From: Chamaesiphon minutus PCC 6605
GTDB taxonomy: Bacteria; Cyanobacteriota; Cyanobacteriia; Cyanobacteriales; Chamaesiphonaceae
DNA: 32,000 bases
Direction of reading: 5' to 3'
Assembly (NCBI RefSeq): GCF_000317145.1
Contig: NC_019697.1
Span: 5,785,889-5,817,888 of the forward strand
Made by a program: the position numbers and the translations under genes. Below the pieces are notes generated by a model. It was not told the DNA's origin. It ran no database searches and saw only the letters and a list, made by a program, of their open reading frames with translations. This document shows positions 1-8,329 of the stretch, in pieces (positions within the stretch are counted from its first letter, which is position 1; each line of letters starts with the position of its first letter).

Positions 1-272
1 ATGCCGATATATTCACCCGCCTTGAGCGTTTGACCGATATCCACTTCGATATTGGAAGGCGAAATCATCTTCATCTGCCGCACTTGGCGATCGATAATCT
101 CTGGTGGTAAGTCAAATTCACTCACCATGCATAGAGGTATCGCTCCACCACAAGGCTTGGCGTTATCTAATTTGCGTTCAAATAAATAAGTTTCAATTCC
201 AGCTTTAGCTAACACTTCAGCGGCGCAAGAACCCGCTGGCCCAGAACCGACAACAGCAACCCGTAGTACCAC
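1..272 (-). CDS. chlP: Geranylgeranyl reductase ChlP, N-terminal part; the gene runs off the window start
   Basis: Reverse-strand translation from GTG at 272-270 gives MVLRVAVVGSGPAGSCAAEVLAKAGIETYLFERKLDNAKPCGGAIPLCMVSEFDLPPEIIDRQVRQMKMISPSNIEVDIGQTLKAGEYIG. It has a GxGxxG FAD-binding fold and closely matches the cyanobacterial ChlP N-terminus as I recall it. It is absent from the ORF track because there is no stop codon inside the window. Confidence 0.85.
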   Translation of the reverse strand, partial: MVLRVAVVGSGPAGSCAAEVLAKAGIETYLFERKLDNAKPCGGAIPLCMVSEFDLPPEIIDRQVRQMKMISPSNIEVDIGQTLKAGEYIG

Positions 273-615
273 AGCTATACTCTCTTCATGACTTGTGCTT
301 ACAATGATGGATGTTAGCACGGACTCTCAGCCCGATCGCCGCCAACCCCATCCAGTCTGTCAGAATTGAAATATTCCTTTATATAAAGACATACTCTGAC
401 AAGATAGGTAATGGTTAGATGAGTGGATGGGTAGATATGCCGATCGCCTAATCCTGTCAATCCTTAAATCCCGATGTAGGAGGCTGTTTTCGCACAATGT
501 TAGTATCGATCTTATTCGATTGGTGGTTCGAGGATGTCGCCAATTTCAGCCATAGCGAACAAAAAGCATAGGTTTAAATCCGTGCTGTAACTACCACTTA
601 CGACTCAAGTACTAA

Positions 616-1287
616 ATGACCTGTGAATTCGACCATTTATTTATTTGTACCGATCTGGGGGCTAGTGTTGCCGCTCGATTGGTCGCATTGGGATTGGTGG
701 AAGGATCGGCAAATACCCATCCAGGGCAAGGGACAGCCAATCGACGATTCTTTTTTGACAATGCCATGTTGGAATTGTTGTGGGTGGACAATGAGGCGGC
801 GGCGTATTCTCCACCAATTGCGCGGACTCGGCTGTGGGAGCGATGGCTGAACCGAACCAATGGTGCGTGCCCATTTGGTATTTGTCTGCGTCCAGTGCCA
901 AGTGAGGAGGGTTCGGTCGCATTTTCGAGTTGGGCATATCATCCACCTTATTTACCTACAACTGTGGCGATTGCGGTAGGGACAAACAGCGAGAACTTAA
1001 CCGAACCGATGCTGTTCCAAATTTCCTTCGGGCAACGTCCAGATGGCTACATAGCGCAAAAGGCACAGCCGTTGAATCATCCCCTGGGCATCCGCGAAAT
1101 TACACGAGTAGAATTAGTCACTCCCTATGCAGATCGTCTTTCCCCAGAATTACAAACACTCGTCGAGACCGATCGAATCGAGCTACGATCGGGTACGGAA
1201 TATATCATCGAGCTGGGATTTGATGGTGAAGGGAAGGGACAACAGCTAGATCTACGATCGGAATTGCCACTGATTTTGAGTTGGTAG
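616..1287 (+). CDS. VOC superfamily / glyoxalase-like domain protein
   Basis: 223-aa ORF. The N-terminus FDHLFICTDLG..LGLVEGSANTHPGQGTANRRFFFDNAMLELLWV fits the glyoxalase-like domain pattern (DH..v....lGf.....H.g.GT.N....f.n.yLEl). The overlapping antisense and off-frame ORFs are low-complexity shadows. Confidence 0.6.
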   Translation: MTCEFDHLFICTDLGASVAARLVALGLVEGSANTHPGQGTANRRFFFDNAMLELLWVDNEAAAYSPPIARTRLWERWLNRTNGACPFGICLRPVPSEEGSVAFSSWAYHPPYLPTTVAIAVGTNSENLTEPMLFQISFGQRPDGYIAQKAQPLNHPLGIREITRVELVTPYADRLSPELQTLVETDRIELRSGTEYIIELGFDGEGKGQQLDLRSELPLILSW

Positions 1288-1317
1288 TCTCAGAGCTTGT
1301 CTCAAAACAGAGTTACT

Positions 1318-1366
1318 AGTGAATAGTGGATAGTGGATAGTGGATAGTGGATAGTGAATAGTGATT
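1318..1366. repeat. STRR-like tandem heptamer array (AGTGRAT, about 7 units)
   Basis: Read directly: agtgaat agtggat agtggat agtggat agtgaat agtgatt, in the spacer between the VOC gene and dus. Confidence 0.9.
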
Positions 1367-1496
1367 CTAAGCTGTTTTTAGATACTGCTGCAAGGTGTAA
1401 GTAGTTAGATAATGAACGATCTGGTGGATAATTAAATCTCTGCCATCGAGCGTTTCGATAATATTTAGATTGTGGAACGATAATCCGTCCGTTGAT

Positions 1497-2522
1497 ATGA
1501 AAGCCCCCCTGGAATCGACAGCTCCATTGACAGCATTAGCACCGATGCAGGATGTGACAGATGTCTGCTTTATGAATGCGATCGCTGCCTATGGCTGTCC
1601 CGACTACTTTTTTACCGAATATTTTCGGGTACATCCCGACTCTAGCGTCGATAAATATATTCTCAGATCGATTACCGAAAATACCACAGGTCGTCCGGTA
1701 TTCGCGCAGATACTTGGCGAACATATTCCCGATCTCGTCAGGATCGCGCGGTTGCTGATGCAGTACCCAATTGCTGGGATCGATCTCAATATGGGTTGTC
1801 CCGCACCGCGAGTTTATCGCAAGAATGTTGGCGGCGGACTGCTTAAAGATCCCGATAAGATCGATCGAATATTAGGCGAATTGCGCGCGGCTGTAGATGG
1901 CAAATTAACCGTCAAAATGCGGATTGGCTTTGAAGATACCAGCCAATTCGATCGAGTACTAGATTTAATCGATCGACACGATATCGACCTCCTGAGTTTG
2001 CACGGTCGGACAGTCAAACAAATGTATCATGGCAGTGTCGATTACGATCTCATCGCCCATGCGGTGAAACGATTGCGTTGTCCGGTATTTGCTAATGGGA
2101 ATGTCAGTTCGGCAGCGTCCGCAATGGCGGTGCTGTCTCAAACCCAAGCAGCAGGAGTAACGATCGGACGCGCCGCGATCCGCAATCCCTGGATTTTTAG
2201 ACAGATTCGTGAGGCGGTGGCGGGAAAGGAGATTTCGATCGTCACACTAGCTCAGGTACGAGAGTATATCGATCGATTGCATCAGATGCAACTCGATAAA
2301 TCTGTACCCGAAAAATCGCGCGTCAGCCATCTCAAAATGTATCTCAATTTCATCGGGCAAAGCGTCGATGCGGCAGGTGTCTTCCTTAGAGATATGCGGA
2401 AAGCGCAGACAGAAGCCGAACTATTCGGTGTCTGCGATCGAGAATTACTCGATCGAGCTGGTGGTATATTTGCGCCAGAACCGTATGTAGGATTAATCGC
2501 TCGTCCTAGTTGCGAAGCTTAG
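1497..2522 (+). CDS. tRNA-dihydrouridine synthase (Dus family)
   Basis: Motifs LAPMQDVTD, GIDLNMGCPAPRVYRKNVGGGLLKDP, LTVKMRIGF and LSLHGRT are typical of the Dus TIM-barrel flavoenzymes. The ORF track starts at TTG 1470. I prefer ATG 1497 (MKAPLE...), and either start is possible. Confidence 0.85.
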   Translation: MKAPLESTAPLTALAPMQDVTDVCFMNAIAAYGCPDYFFTEYFRVHPDSSVDKYILRSITENTTGRPVFAQILGEHIPDLVRIARLLMQYPIAGIDLNMGCPAPRVYRKNVGGGLLKDPDKIDRILGELRAAVDGKLTVKMRIGFEDTSQFDRVLDLIDRHDIDLLSLHGRTVKQMYHGSVDYDLIAHAVKRLRCPVFANGNVSSAASAMAVLSQTQAAGVTIGRAAIRNPWIFRQIREAVAGKEISIVTLAQVREYIDRLHQMQLDKSVPEKSRVSHLKMYLNFIGQSVDAAGVFLRDMRKAQTEAELFGVCDRELLDRAGGIFAPEPYVGLIARPSCEA

Positions 2523-2523
2523 A

Positions 2524-2547
2524 TTAATTGATAATTGATAATTGATT
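2524..2547. repeat. Short tandem heptamer array (TTGATAA, about 3 units)
   Basis: ttaattg ataattg ataattg atttg, immediately after the dus stop codon. Confidence 0.7.
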
Positions 2548-2673
2548 TGTTATGGTAAGCTGTCCGATATCTATTTGGTGAGACGCTATTCACGATGAAA
2601 CCGTCTATCGACACGTCTTTTCTTCGAGCGTCTACAACGCAATTTTATCGACTAAATCACATATTCAATTCTA

Positions 2674-2714
2674 CTTCTACCTTCTGCCCTCTGCCCTCTG
2701 CCTTCTGCCTTCTA
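2674..2714. repeat. STRR-like tandem heptamer array (CYTCTGC, about 6 units)
   Basis: cttctac cttctgc cctctgc cctctgc cttctgc cttcta. The array ends 8 nt before the ATG of the macro-domain gene. Confidence 0.9.
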
Positions 2715-2722
2715 TTAACTAG

Positions 2723-3358
2723 ATGAAATTAATCTTGACTGCTGTAGACGAATCATTAGCCGAAGCTTGGACTAAATTTTGCGGCGATCTGGATTTTGTG
2801 ACTGTCCATCATGGCTCGATTCTTGATGTTGATTGCGATGCGGTGGTCAGTCCAGCTAATAGTTATGGCTTCATGGATGGGGGCATCGATGGAGTGTATA
2901 TGTGGCACTTTGGCGACGATATTCAAATCCGCGTCCGTCGCCAAATTTTCGATCGTCATCATGGCGAAATTTTAGTCGGACAAGCAGACGTTGTGGCTAC
3001 TGAAAATGTCAGAATTCCTTATCTAATTTTTGCACCGACGATGCGCGTACCGATGAATCTTCAAGATACCGTCAATCCTTATTTGGCAGCGCGGGCAATT
3101 TTTTTGTTAGTCAAAGATGGTGTATTTAAATCGGGCGAATATACAGGCCAAAAAATCTCATCACGGATTGAAACGATCGCTCTACCAGGATTAGGTACCG
3201 GAGTTGGCAACGTGTGTTTCGAGACTTGCGCGCGTCAAGTGCGATCGGCGATCGATGACATTATTTTAGAAGGATATCGGATGCCAAAATCGTGGGCAGA
3301 AGCATCGGAACGACACCAACTTTTGTATACCAAAGATCCTACCAGACTTCAGTATTAA
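2723..3358 (+). CDS. Stand-alone macro-domain protein (ADP-ribose binding/hydrolase family)
   Basis: 211 aa. DAVVSPANSYGFMDGGIDGVY, then GEILVGQADVV and YLIFAPTMRVP, then ALPGLGTGVG, match the macro-domain nucleotide-binding loops. Confidence 0.8.
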   Translation: MKLILTAVDESLAEAWTKFCGDLDFVTVHHGSILDVDCDAVVSPANSYGFMDGGIDGVYMWHFGDDIQIRVRRQIFDRHHGEILVGQADVVATENVRIPYLIFAPTMRVPMNLQDTVNPYLAARAIFLLVKDGVFKSGEYTGQKISSRIETIALPGLGTGVGNVCFETCARQVRSAIDDIILEGYRMPKSWAEASERHQLLYTKDPTRLQY

Positions 3359-3367
3359 TCGAATCAA

Positions 3368-3517
3368 ATGAGTCATGAATTATTATTGCTCGATTATATT
3401 AAAGCTCACTGGCGACAGCATCAACCCGCACAACTCGATCGAGGCGTTTGGATCGCACTTGATGAGGAATTGACAGCAGAAACCGATGATGCCGATATAC
3501 CAGTAGTTAAAGCTTAG
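3368..3517 (+). CDS. Possible small acidic protein (49 aa), hypothetical
   Basis: ATG 3368 lies 9 nt after the macro-domain stop. Translation: MSHELLLLDYIKAHWRQHQPAQLDRGVWIALDEELTAETDDADIPVVKA. It is below the ORF-track size cutoff and I recognise no family. Support comes only from spacing and an open frame. Confidence 0.2.
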   Translation: MSHELLLLDYIKAHWRQHQPAQLDRGVWIALDEELTAETDDADIPVVKA

Positions 3518-3754
3518 TTTATGACCGATCTTTCGATCGTTCGATGCGCTTTGATTTCATTCAAAATATTTGCCGAAAATAGACTTCGAGTTGGGGCTAT
3601 GTCTTCATCGACTGCGCAGTTGCTATAATTACGGAATTTAAGAGCGACCCTTTGTAGTTAATTAGATCGAAGTAGAGATCGCTAACACAAATATTGTGAA
3701 ATGCCGAACGACGATCGATGGTTTTTTGTTTGATTTTAACTCAAGCTCATACCA

Positions 3755-4618
3755 ATGAAAAATTTAAATTCGATCGCGATCGCGATTATAGTTATCATCT
3801 TACTTTCAGCTTGCCAAACAAATGCAGATCGAAATCGATCGACACCTACAACTTTTCTAGAATGGTGCGAACGCAAAAATGAATTCTCTGCTGACATTCA
3901 ACGAACGCTCGAATCAGTCATAATTGACGTTCGGAATAGAAATTGGTTTCGGATATCCAGTGACTGTAAAATTGTCAGCGATAAACTGGCATCACAAAAG
4001 AAACTCAGTATCGATGGTCGTAAAATCTCCGATCTCAGACCATTAGCTAGCCTCACCAATCTCACTAGTTTATCGCTCAGATTCAATGACGAACTTGCCG
4101 ATCTTCAGCCATTGTCAAGTCTGAAGAATCTTGAAGAGCTTTATTTAGATGACAATAAAATCGTCGATGTTCGGCCATTAGCCAACCTTCCTAAATTGAA
4201 GAATCTCAGCCTGACTAAGGGTGTTTATAGCAAAGAAGTTATCGATATTCGACCGCTGGCTAATCTTGTCAATCTGAGAAATTTGAATTTATACAATAAC
4301 CAAATGACCAGTCTCCAAGATCTCAGCAATCTAGTAAACTTGCAAACTCTCGGCGTGTCGGCTAGCAAAGTCTCTGACTTGACTCCATTATCAAAACTTA
4401 GAAACCTCCAAGTGCTCGTTTTACCAGGCAATAAAATTAGGGACATCACACCATTAGCCAAGCTCACCAAGCTTAAAAAAATCGATCTACTCAACAATCA
4501 AGTTACTAATATCCAGAGCCTATCCAAGCTCAAATCGCTAACTTCCCTCCGTTTATACGGAAATCCTTTAACCGATCGTCGTTGTCCGCTAGCCAAAGCG
4601 GATATGTGTGAAATTTAA
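3755..4618 (+). CDS. Leucine-rich-repeat (internalin-like) lipoprotein
   Basis: Signal peptide with lipobox MKNLNSIAIAIIVIILLSAC. About nine 22-residue LRR units follow, of the form L.pLa.L.nL..L.L..N.i.D(i/l). Confidence 0.8.
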   Translation: MKNLNSIAIAIIVIILLSACQTNADRNRSTPTTFLEWCERKNEFSADIQRTLESVIIDVRNRNWFRISSDCKIVSDKLASQKKLSIDGRKISDLRPLASLTNLTSLSLRFNDELADLQPLSSLKNLEELYLDDNKIVDVRPLANLPKLKNLSLTKGVYSKEVIDIRPLANLVNLRNLNLYNNQMTSLQDLSNLVNLQTLGVSASKVSDLTPLSKLRNLQVLVLPGNKIRDITPLAKLTKLKKIDLLNNQVTNIQSLSKLKSLTSLRLYGNPLTDRRCPLAKADMCEI

Positions 4619-4675
4619 AAGACTTAGAGCAACTAGGTGGAATTAGAGATCGTTACCTTGTAGTTTATATAGGTT

Positions 4676-4712
4676 AAAAACAGTGTGCGAGTGCCACTCC
4701 TAAACTGTTTTT
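4676..4712 (+). terminator. Candidate hairpin terminator after the LRR gene
   Basis: AAAAACAGT (4676-4684) pairs with ACTGTTTTT (4704-4712). The stem is 9 bp and A/T-rich with a 19-nt loop, so the call is weak. Confidence 0.3.
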
Positions 4713-4856
4713 AATATCTATGTACAATTGTCTCATCACTTAGGGAACCCTAACAATAGAGATCGATAATAGTACCGATCGTCGCAATTCCTCCATTAAT
4801 TCACATCTCGTTGGCGCAGCCTCGACCTTGGAGAATCGGGCTGCCAGGAACTAGTC

Positions 4857-5615
4857 ATGACCAAACAAGAAGATGAACCCAGAGATCTACAACCACGGAA
4901 AATTAACCGGAATGTAGTTTACATAAGTTTAGCGATCGCTGCCTTTTTCGCACTTCCAGTTGCCATTTTCATCGCCGCTAATGGAGATATGACGGAGGAA
5001 GAAGCTAACGAACCGATCGATCTCGTGTTCTACCAAACCACCGAACAGTGCGAAGCTGACACTAAAAAGCAGCAAGATGAATATGCAGCGTCGCTCAAAA
5101 AATATCAAGCTGAAAAAGATCGACCCGGACAAATAACGCCGCCGCCCACCGCGCCGATGCTCCAGACCAAAGACTGCGCCGCCCAAATGCAAGCAGCCCA
5201 AGAAGCGCACAACAAGACTGCGCCTGTTTATGCTTCGCTTGCCGATTGCCAAGCCGAAGGCGTCAAATGCGAAACGACTCCCGCTGGCGCGCCGACTGCT
5301 GGATATCAACCCAGCTATGGCGGTACCTATATCGACCCTTACAGCTCTAATTATACTGTCATCAATACTGGTAACACTCACCATCGAGTCTACGAAACTC
5401 ATACTGTTTATCAGAGTAATACTCCCGGTCGGCTTGTCACCTCTTACGGTCGCGAGATCGCCCAAACAGCTACAGGTAGGGTCACAGCTCCCCGACACAC
5501 TAGCTTTACCGCGCCCACCCGTCCGGCTGGAGTATCTGGTGCTGGTACGATTAGAGGGCGCAGTTCTCAAGGCTTTGGTTCCTCATTCAAGAGTACGGGT
5601 AGAGGAGGCAAGTAA
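4857..5615 (+). CDS. DUF1190 (YgiB-like) membrane-anchored protein
   Basis: N-terminal TM segment VVYISLAIAAFFALPVAIFIAA. The Cys-containing segments YQTTEQCEAD and TKDCAAQMQAAQEAHNKTAPVYASLADCQAEGVKCE and the Gly/Ser/Arg tail RGRSSQGFGSSFKSTGRGG resemble E. coli YgiB as I recall it. The gene sits directly upstream of a YgiC-like gene, as in the ygiBC pair. Confidence 0.65.
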   Translation: MTKQEDEPRDLQPRKINRNVVYISLAIAAFFALPVAIFIAANGDMTEEEANEPIDLVFYQTTEQCEADTKKQQDEYAASLKKYQAEKDRPGQITPPPTAPMLQTKDCAAQMQAAQEAHNKTAPVYASLADCQAEGVKCETTPAGAPTAGYQPSYGGTYIDPYSSNYTVINTGNTHHRVYETHTVYQSNTPGRLVTSYGREIAQTATGRVTAPRHTSFTAPTRPAGVSGAGTIRGRSSQGFGSSFKSTGRGGK

Positions 5616-5621
5616 ATCTAA

Positions 5622-6965
5622 ATGAGAGCGATAAAAATAGTGCGTCGTCCTAATTGGCAGCAGCATATCCAAGAGAATGCCTACCAAGTTGATGCTTTAA
5701 GCGATGTCCATCAAAAATACTGGGTTGAAGCTCTCCCCCAACCCTTCGCCATCGAATTCGATTGTCAGGAGGAAACGGCAATCGCTGAAGCCACTGAGCT
5801 TCTGTGGGCAATGTGTGTCGAATTTCTCGATTGGTTTTTTACCGAGCTAAATGCAGGTGATGTCGATCGACGCTTGACGGCACTCCAGATTCGACCGGAA
5901 TATTGGCAAGCCATTAAAAATAGCTGGGAGCGCACCGAGCCAGTCGAGGACTTATCGCTCGGCGCGCGCTTCGATCTGGCTGTCACTACCGATGGACAGA
6001 TTAAACTCCTCGAAATCAATGGCGAAACCCCGCTCCTCGGTGCGGAAACAGTCTACCAATGGAACTGGTTTGTGGACTACATGCACAACTACCAGCGGGG
6101 GAAATACCCATTGCCGAGCGATGCCAGCCAGTTTAACGAATTTTGGGAGGCGATCGCGGGTCAATGGCGGCGAATTGTCGCAGGCTACAATCTCAAACAG
6201 TATGGGATCTCCTTTCTAGTCGATGAAAATCTCGAAGAAGATTTAGAAATGGCGATGCAGTTAATTCAAATTCTGCAAGATGAAGTCGATCCGAATATTT
6301 ATACCCAAATCGTCTATCTACGCGGTCTCAAAGACGAGCGCGGCCAAGAGATCCAGCGCGGATTGGGAATCGATGATGACGGCTACTTTGTAGACCATAT
6401 CAACGATCGCATTCCCATACTCTGGAAGATGTATGATTGGTCGGATCTCCAAAATGACATGGCCAAGGTTGGTACGACTCAAGCTCTCACCGCGCGATTG
6501 GAAACAGGCGAAGTTAAGATTCTCGAACCTTTGTGGAAGCAAGTTCTGTCTAATAAAGGCGCGCTAGCGATGATGTGGGAGCGGTTTAAAGATACCGACT
6601 ATCGTCAATATCTGTTGGCAACCTATCTCGATACCGATAACTCTTATGAATCCACACAATTGCTGTTAGGAATGCACGTCAGAAAGCCCATGTTGGGGCT
6701 AGAAGGCGTTGCAGTCTCGATCGAAAGTGGATTTGGTTCCCTAGAGCAAAAAGAGTCGTTTGGCTATGGATCAGAGGGGTTTATCATCCAGGAGTATATC
6801 GAACTACCCCAAGCCTTTGGCTATTATTATGCGATTGGCAGTTGGTCGATCGATGGCGAAGCCGCAGGGATAATTATTCGGGGCGACACTTCCAAAATTA
6901 CCGGACGACACTGTTTAATTATTCCCCACATCGTCTCTGACAATGGTTTATACATTCCAGAGTGA
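5622..6965 (+). CDS. Glutathionylspermidine-synthase-family ATP-grasp protein (YgiC/YjfC-like)
   Basis: 447 aa. LLEINGETPLLGAETVYQWNW, KPMLGLEGVAVSI and GFIIQEYIELPQ match the GSP-synthase pre-ATP-grasp and ATP-grasp pattern. The start lies 6 nt after the DUF1190 stop. Confidence 0.8.
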   Translation: MRAIKIVRRPNWQQHIQENAYQVDALSDVHQKYWVEALPQPFAIEFDCQEETAIAEATELLWAMCVEFLDWFFTELNAGDVDRRLTALQIRPEYWQAIKNSWERTEPVEDLSLGARFDLAVTTDGQIKLLEINGETPLLGAETVYQWNWFVDYMHNYQRGKYPLPSDASQFNEFWEAIAGQWRRIVAGYNLKQYGISFLVDENLEEDLEMAMQLIQILQDEVDPNIYTQIVYLRGLKDERGQEIQRGLGIDDDGYFVDHINDRIPILWKMYDWSDLQNDMAKVGTTQALTARLETGEVKILEPLWKQVLSNKGALAMMWERFKDTDYRQYLLATYLDTDNSYESTQLLLGMHVRKPMLGLEGVAVSIESGFGSLEQKESFGYGSEGFIIQEYIELPQAFGYYYAIGSWSIDGEAAGIIIRGDTSKITGRHCLIIPHIVSDNGLYIPE

Positions 6966-7837
6966 GTCAATATATGCTGGGAATTAAACAGATAGATCGA
7001 TCGACTAGCCTCTCTATTAAAGCATCGAGAATAAAACGAAATATTTGGGATCTAGATACCGTTCTTCCCCTCAGTTATATCCTTGCACCCCAATACATCG
7101 AACTAGCACCCTACACAGTTCATACCAATTTCTGCCATCTGCTCAGCCGCGATGTCTACTCCGAAGGCGACGCGCGATCGCTATATGACTACATCCAGTC
7201 GCGAGGTAATGAAATGTCTCCAGAATTCCTCGCCATGTTAGATTTCTGGCTGGCAGACGAACTCAAGCACTACGAAGCCTTGCGGCGAACCTATCATTGT
7301 ATTGCTGGCGTAGACTTTGCCGAAATGAATCGCCACTTTGCCGCTAGAGTCCACGAAATCGAACCGATCGAGATGGTATTAACAGATGAATTTACCATCT
7401 TGGTAACGATGATGTTCGACGAGATCGGTTCTGTCTATTCTTACCGCCGCGATCTCTGGGAATATTATCGACATTTTGGAACGGCAATTCAAAAAATCGG
7501 CCATCATTTGGTTAGAGATGAAGGAATGCACTTCAATAATGCAGCAGAGTTACTGTTAATAAAACATCCCGATCGATTAGGTGAGGTACCAGAATTACTG
7601 GAGCAGATTTCTGCTTTAGAAAAGAGTTTACGAAAGTACCATAAAACCTTTTTTTTAGATCACACACAGGAACAGTATCGATTTCCACCACATTTTAATT
7701 CGGTATTGATTCGATTTATTTTGGCACGATTGGGGTTGGGAATACAGCCAGATCGATCGGAGTTACAGGAGCTATGGCAATGGGTTCCCGCTGGATATCA
7801 GTTAGTTCCCATTTTTACAGGCGATGGCGATCGTTAA
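6962..7837 (+). CDS. Ferritin-like / di-iron carboxylate protein (putative oxygenase), hypothetical
   Basis: There are two E-x-x-H motifs, ADELKHYEAL and VRDEGMHFNN, with an intervening acidic helix MMFDEIGSVY. This spacing is typical of four-helix di-iron proteins. GTG 6962 overlaps the upstream TGA (GTGA); the alternative start is ATG 6974. Confidence 0.5.
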   Translation: MSQYMLGIKQIDRSTSLSIKASRIKRNIWDLDTVLPLSYILAPQYIELAPYTVHTNFCHLLSRDVYSEGDARSLYDYIQSRGNEMSPEFLAMLDFWLADELKHYEALRRTYHCIAGVDFAEMNRHFAARVHEIEPIEMVLTDEFTILVTMMFDEIGSVYSYRRDLWEYYRHFGTAIQKIGHHLVRDEGMHFNNAAELLLIKHPDRLGEVPELLEQISALEKSLRKYHKTFFLDHTQEQYRFPPHFNSVLIRFILARLGLGIQPDRSELQELWQWVPAGYQLVPIFTGDGDR

Positions 7838-8329
7838 TTATGACTAATTTCAAACTTAGCACTCAAACACTAGCTGTTGTAGCCAAGTTCATTACCATTG
7901 AAGAAGCTTGGATTTTTCTCACTGATTTTGAGATAAATTTATCATTTGCCACGATTTGTAGCCAAAATTTAGATATCTTTGAATTAGTTTCCTACCCGAT
8001 CGATTTTTTCCATTTTTAACTATTCTCTCACTTTCACAATATACACAGTTCGTTTCACTCTGGTTCCTACGATGACTCCATTGTAGTAGTCACCCTGTTC
8101 CTGTACAGTGACTATATTTGGGTTGAGCTATGATTGATATTGTCGTAATTGTAGTTAGAAAATTGAATAGCATCGAGATCCTATTTTAGTGGCTTTCGTT
8201 GGCGTAGCCTATCGGATGTAATCGAATTTTAATGCGTTCACCCTGATTTAGAGATGCCCCTTATGGGTACCCTTAGATTTACAATAAAACTAGCGTCTAC
8301 GTGTGATGAAAAATGCCAGCCGATCGAGA

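Noticed and set aside
280-615. Search for tRNA or other structured RNA in the chlP-VOC spacer (for example ggtggttcgagg near 522-534) and elsewhere
   Set aside because: I could not assemble a cloverleaf with a matching acceptor stem and T-arm consensus. Only degenerate heptamer-like repeats (gtggatgggta) are visible.
4929-5570. 213-aa minus-strand ORF and the 131-aa off-frame plus ORF (5230-5625)
   Set aside because: Both overlap the DUF1190 gene completely. Their Arg/Ser/Gly-rich, low-complexity composition is typical of shadow frames.
7774-8019. 81-aa ORF (or 59 aa from ATG 7840) after the di-iron gene
   Set aside because: The 5' part overlaps the preceding gene. The region is AT-rich with no recognisable motif, and support is too weak to call a gene.
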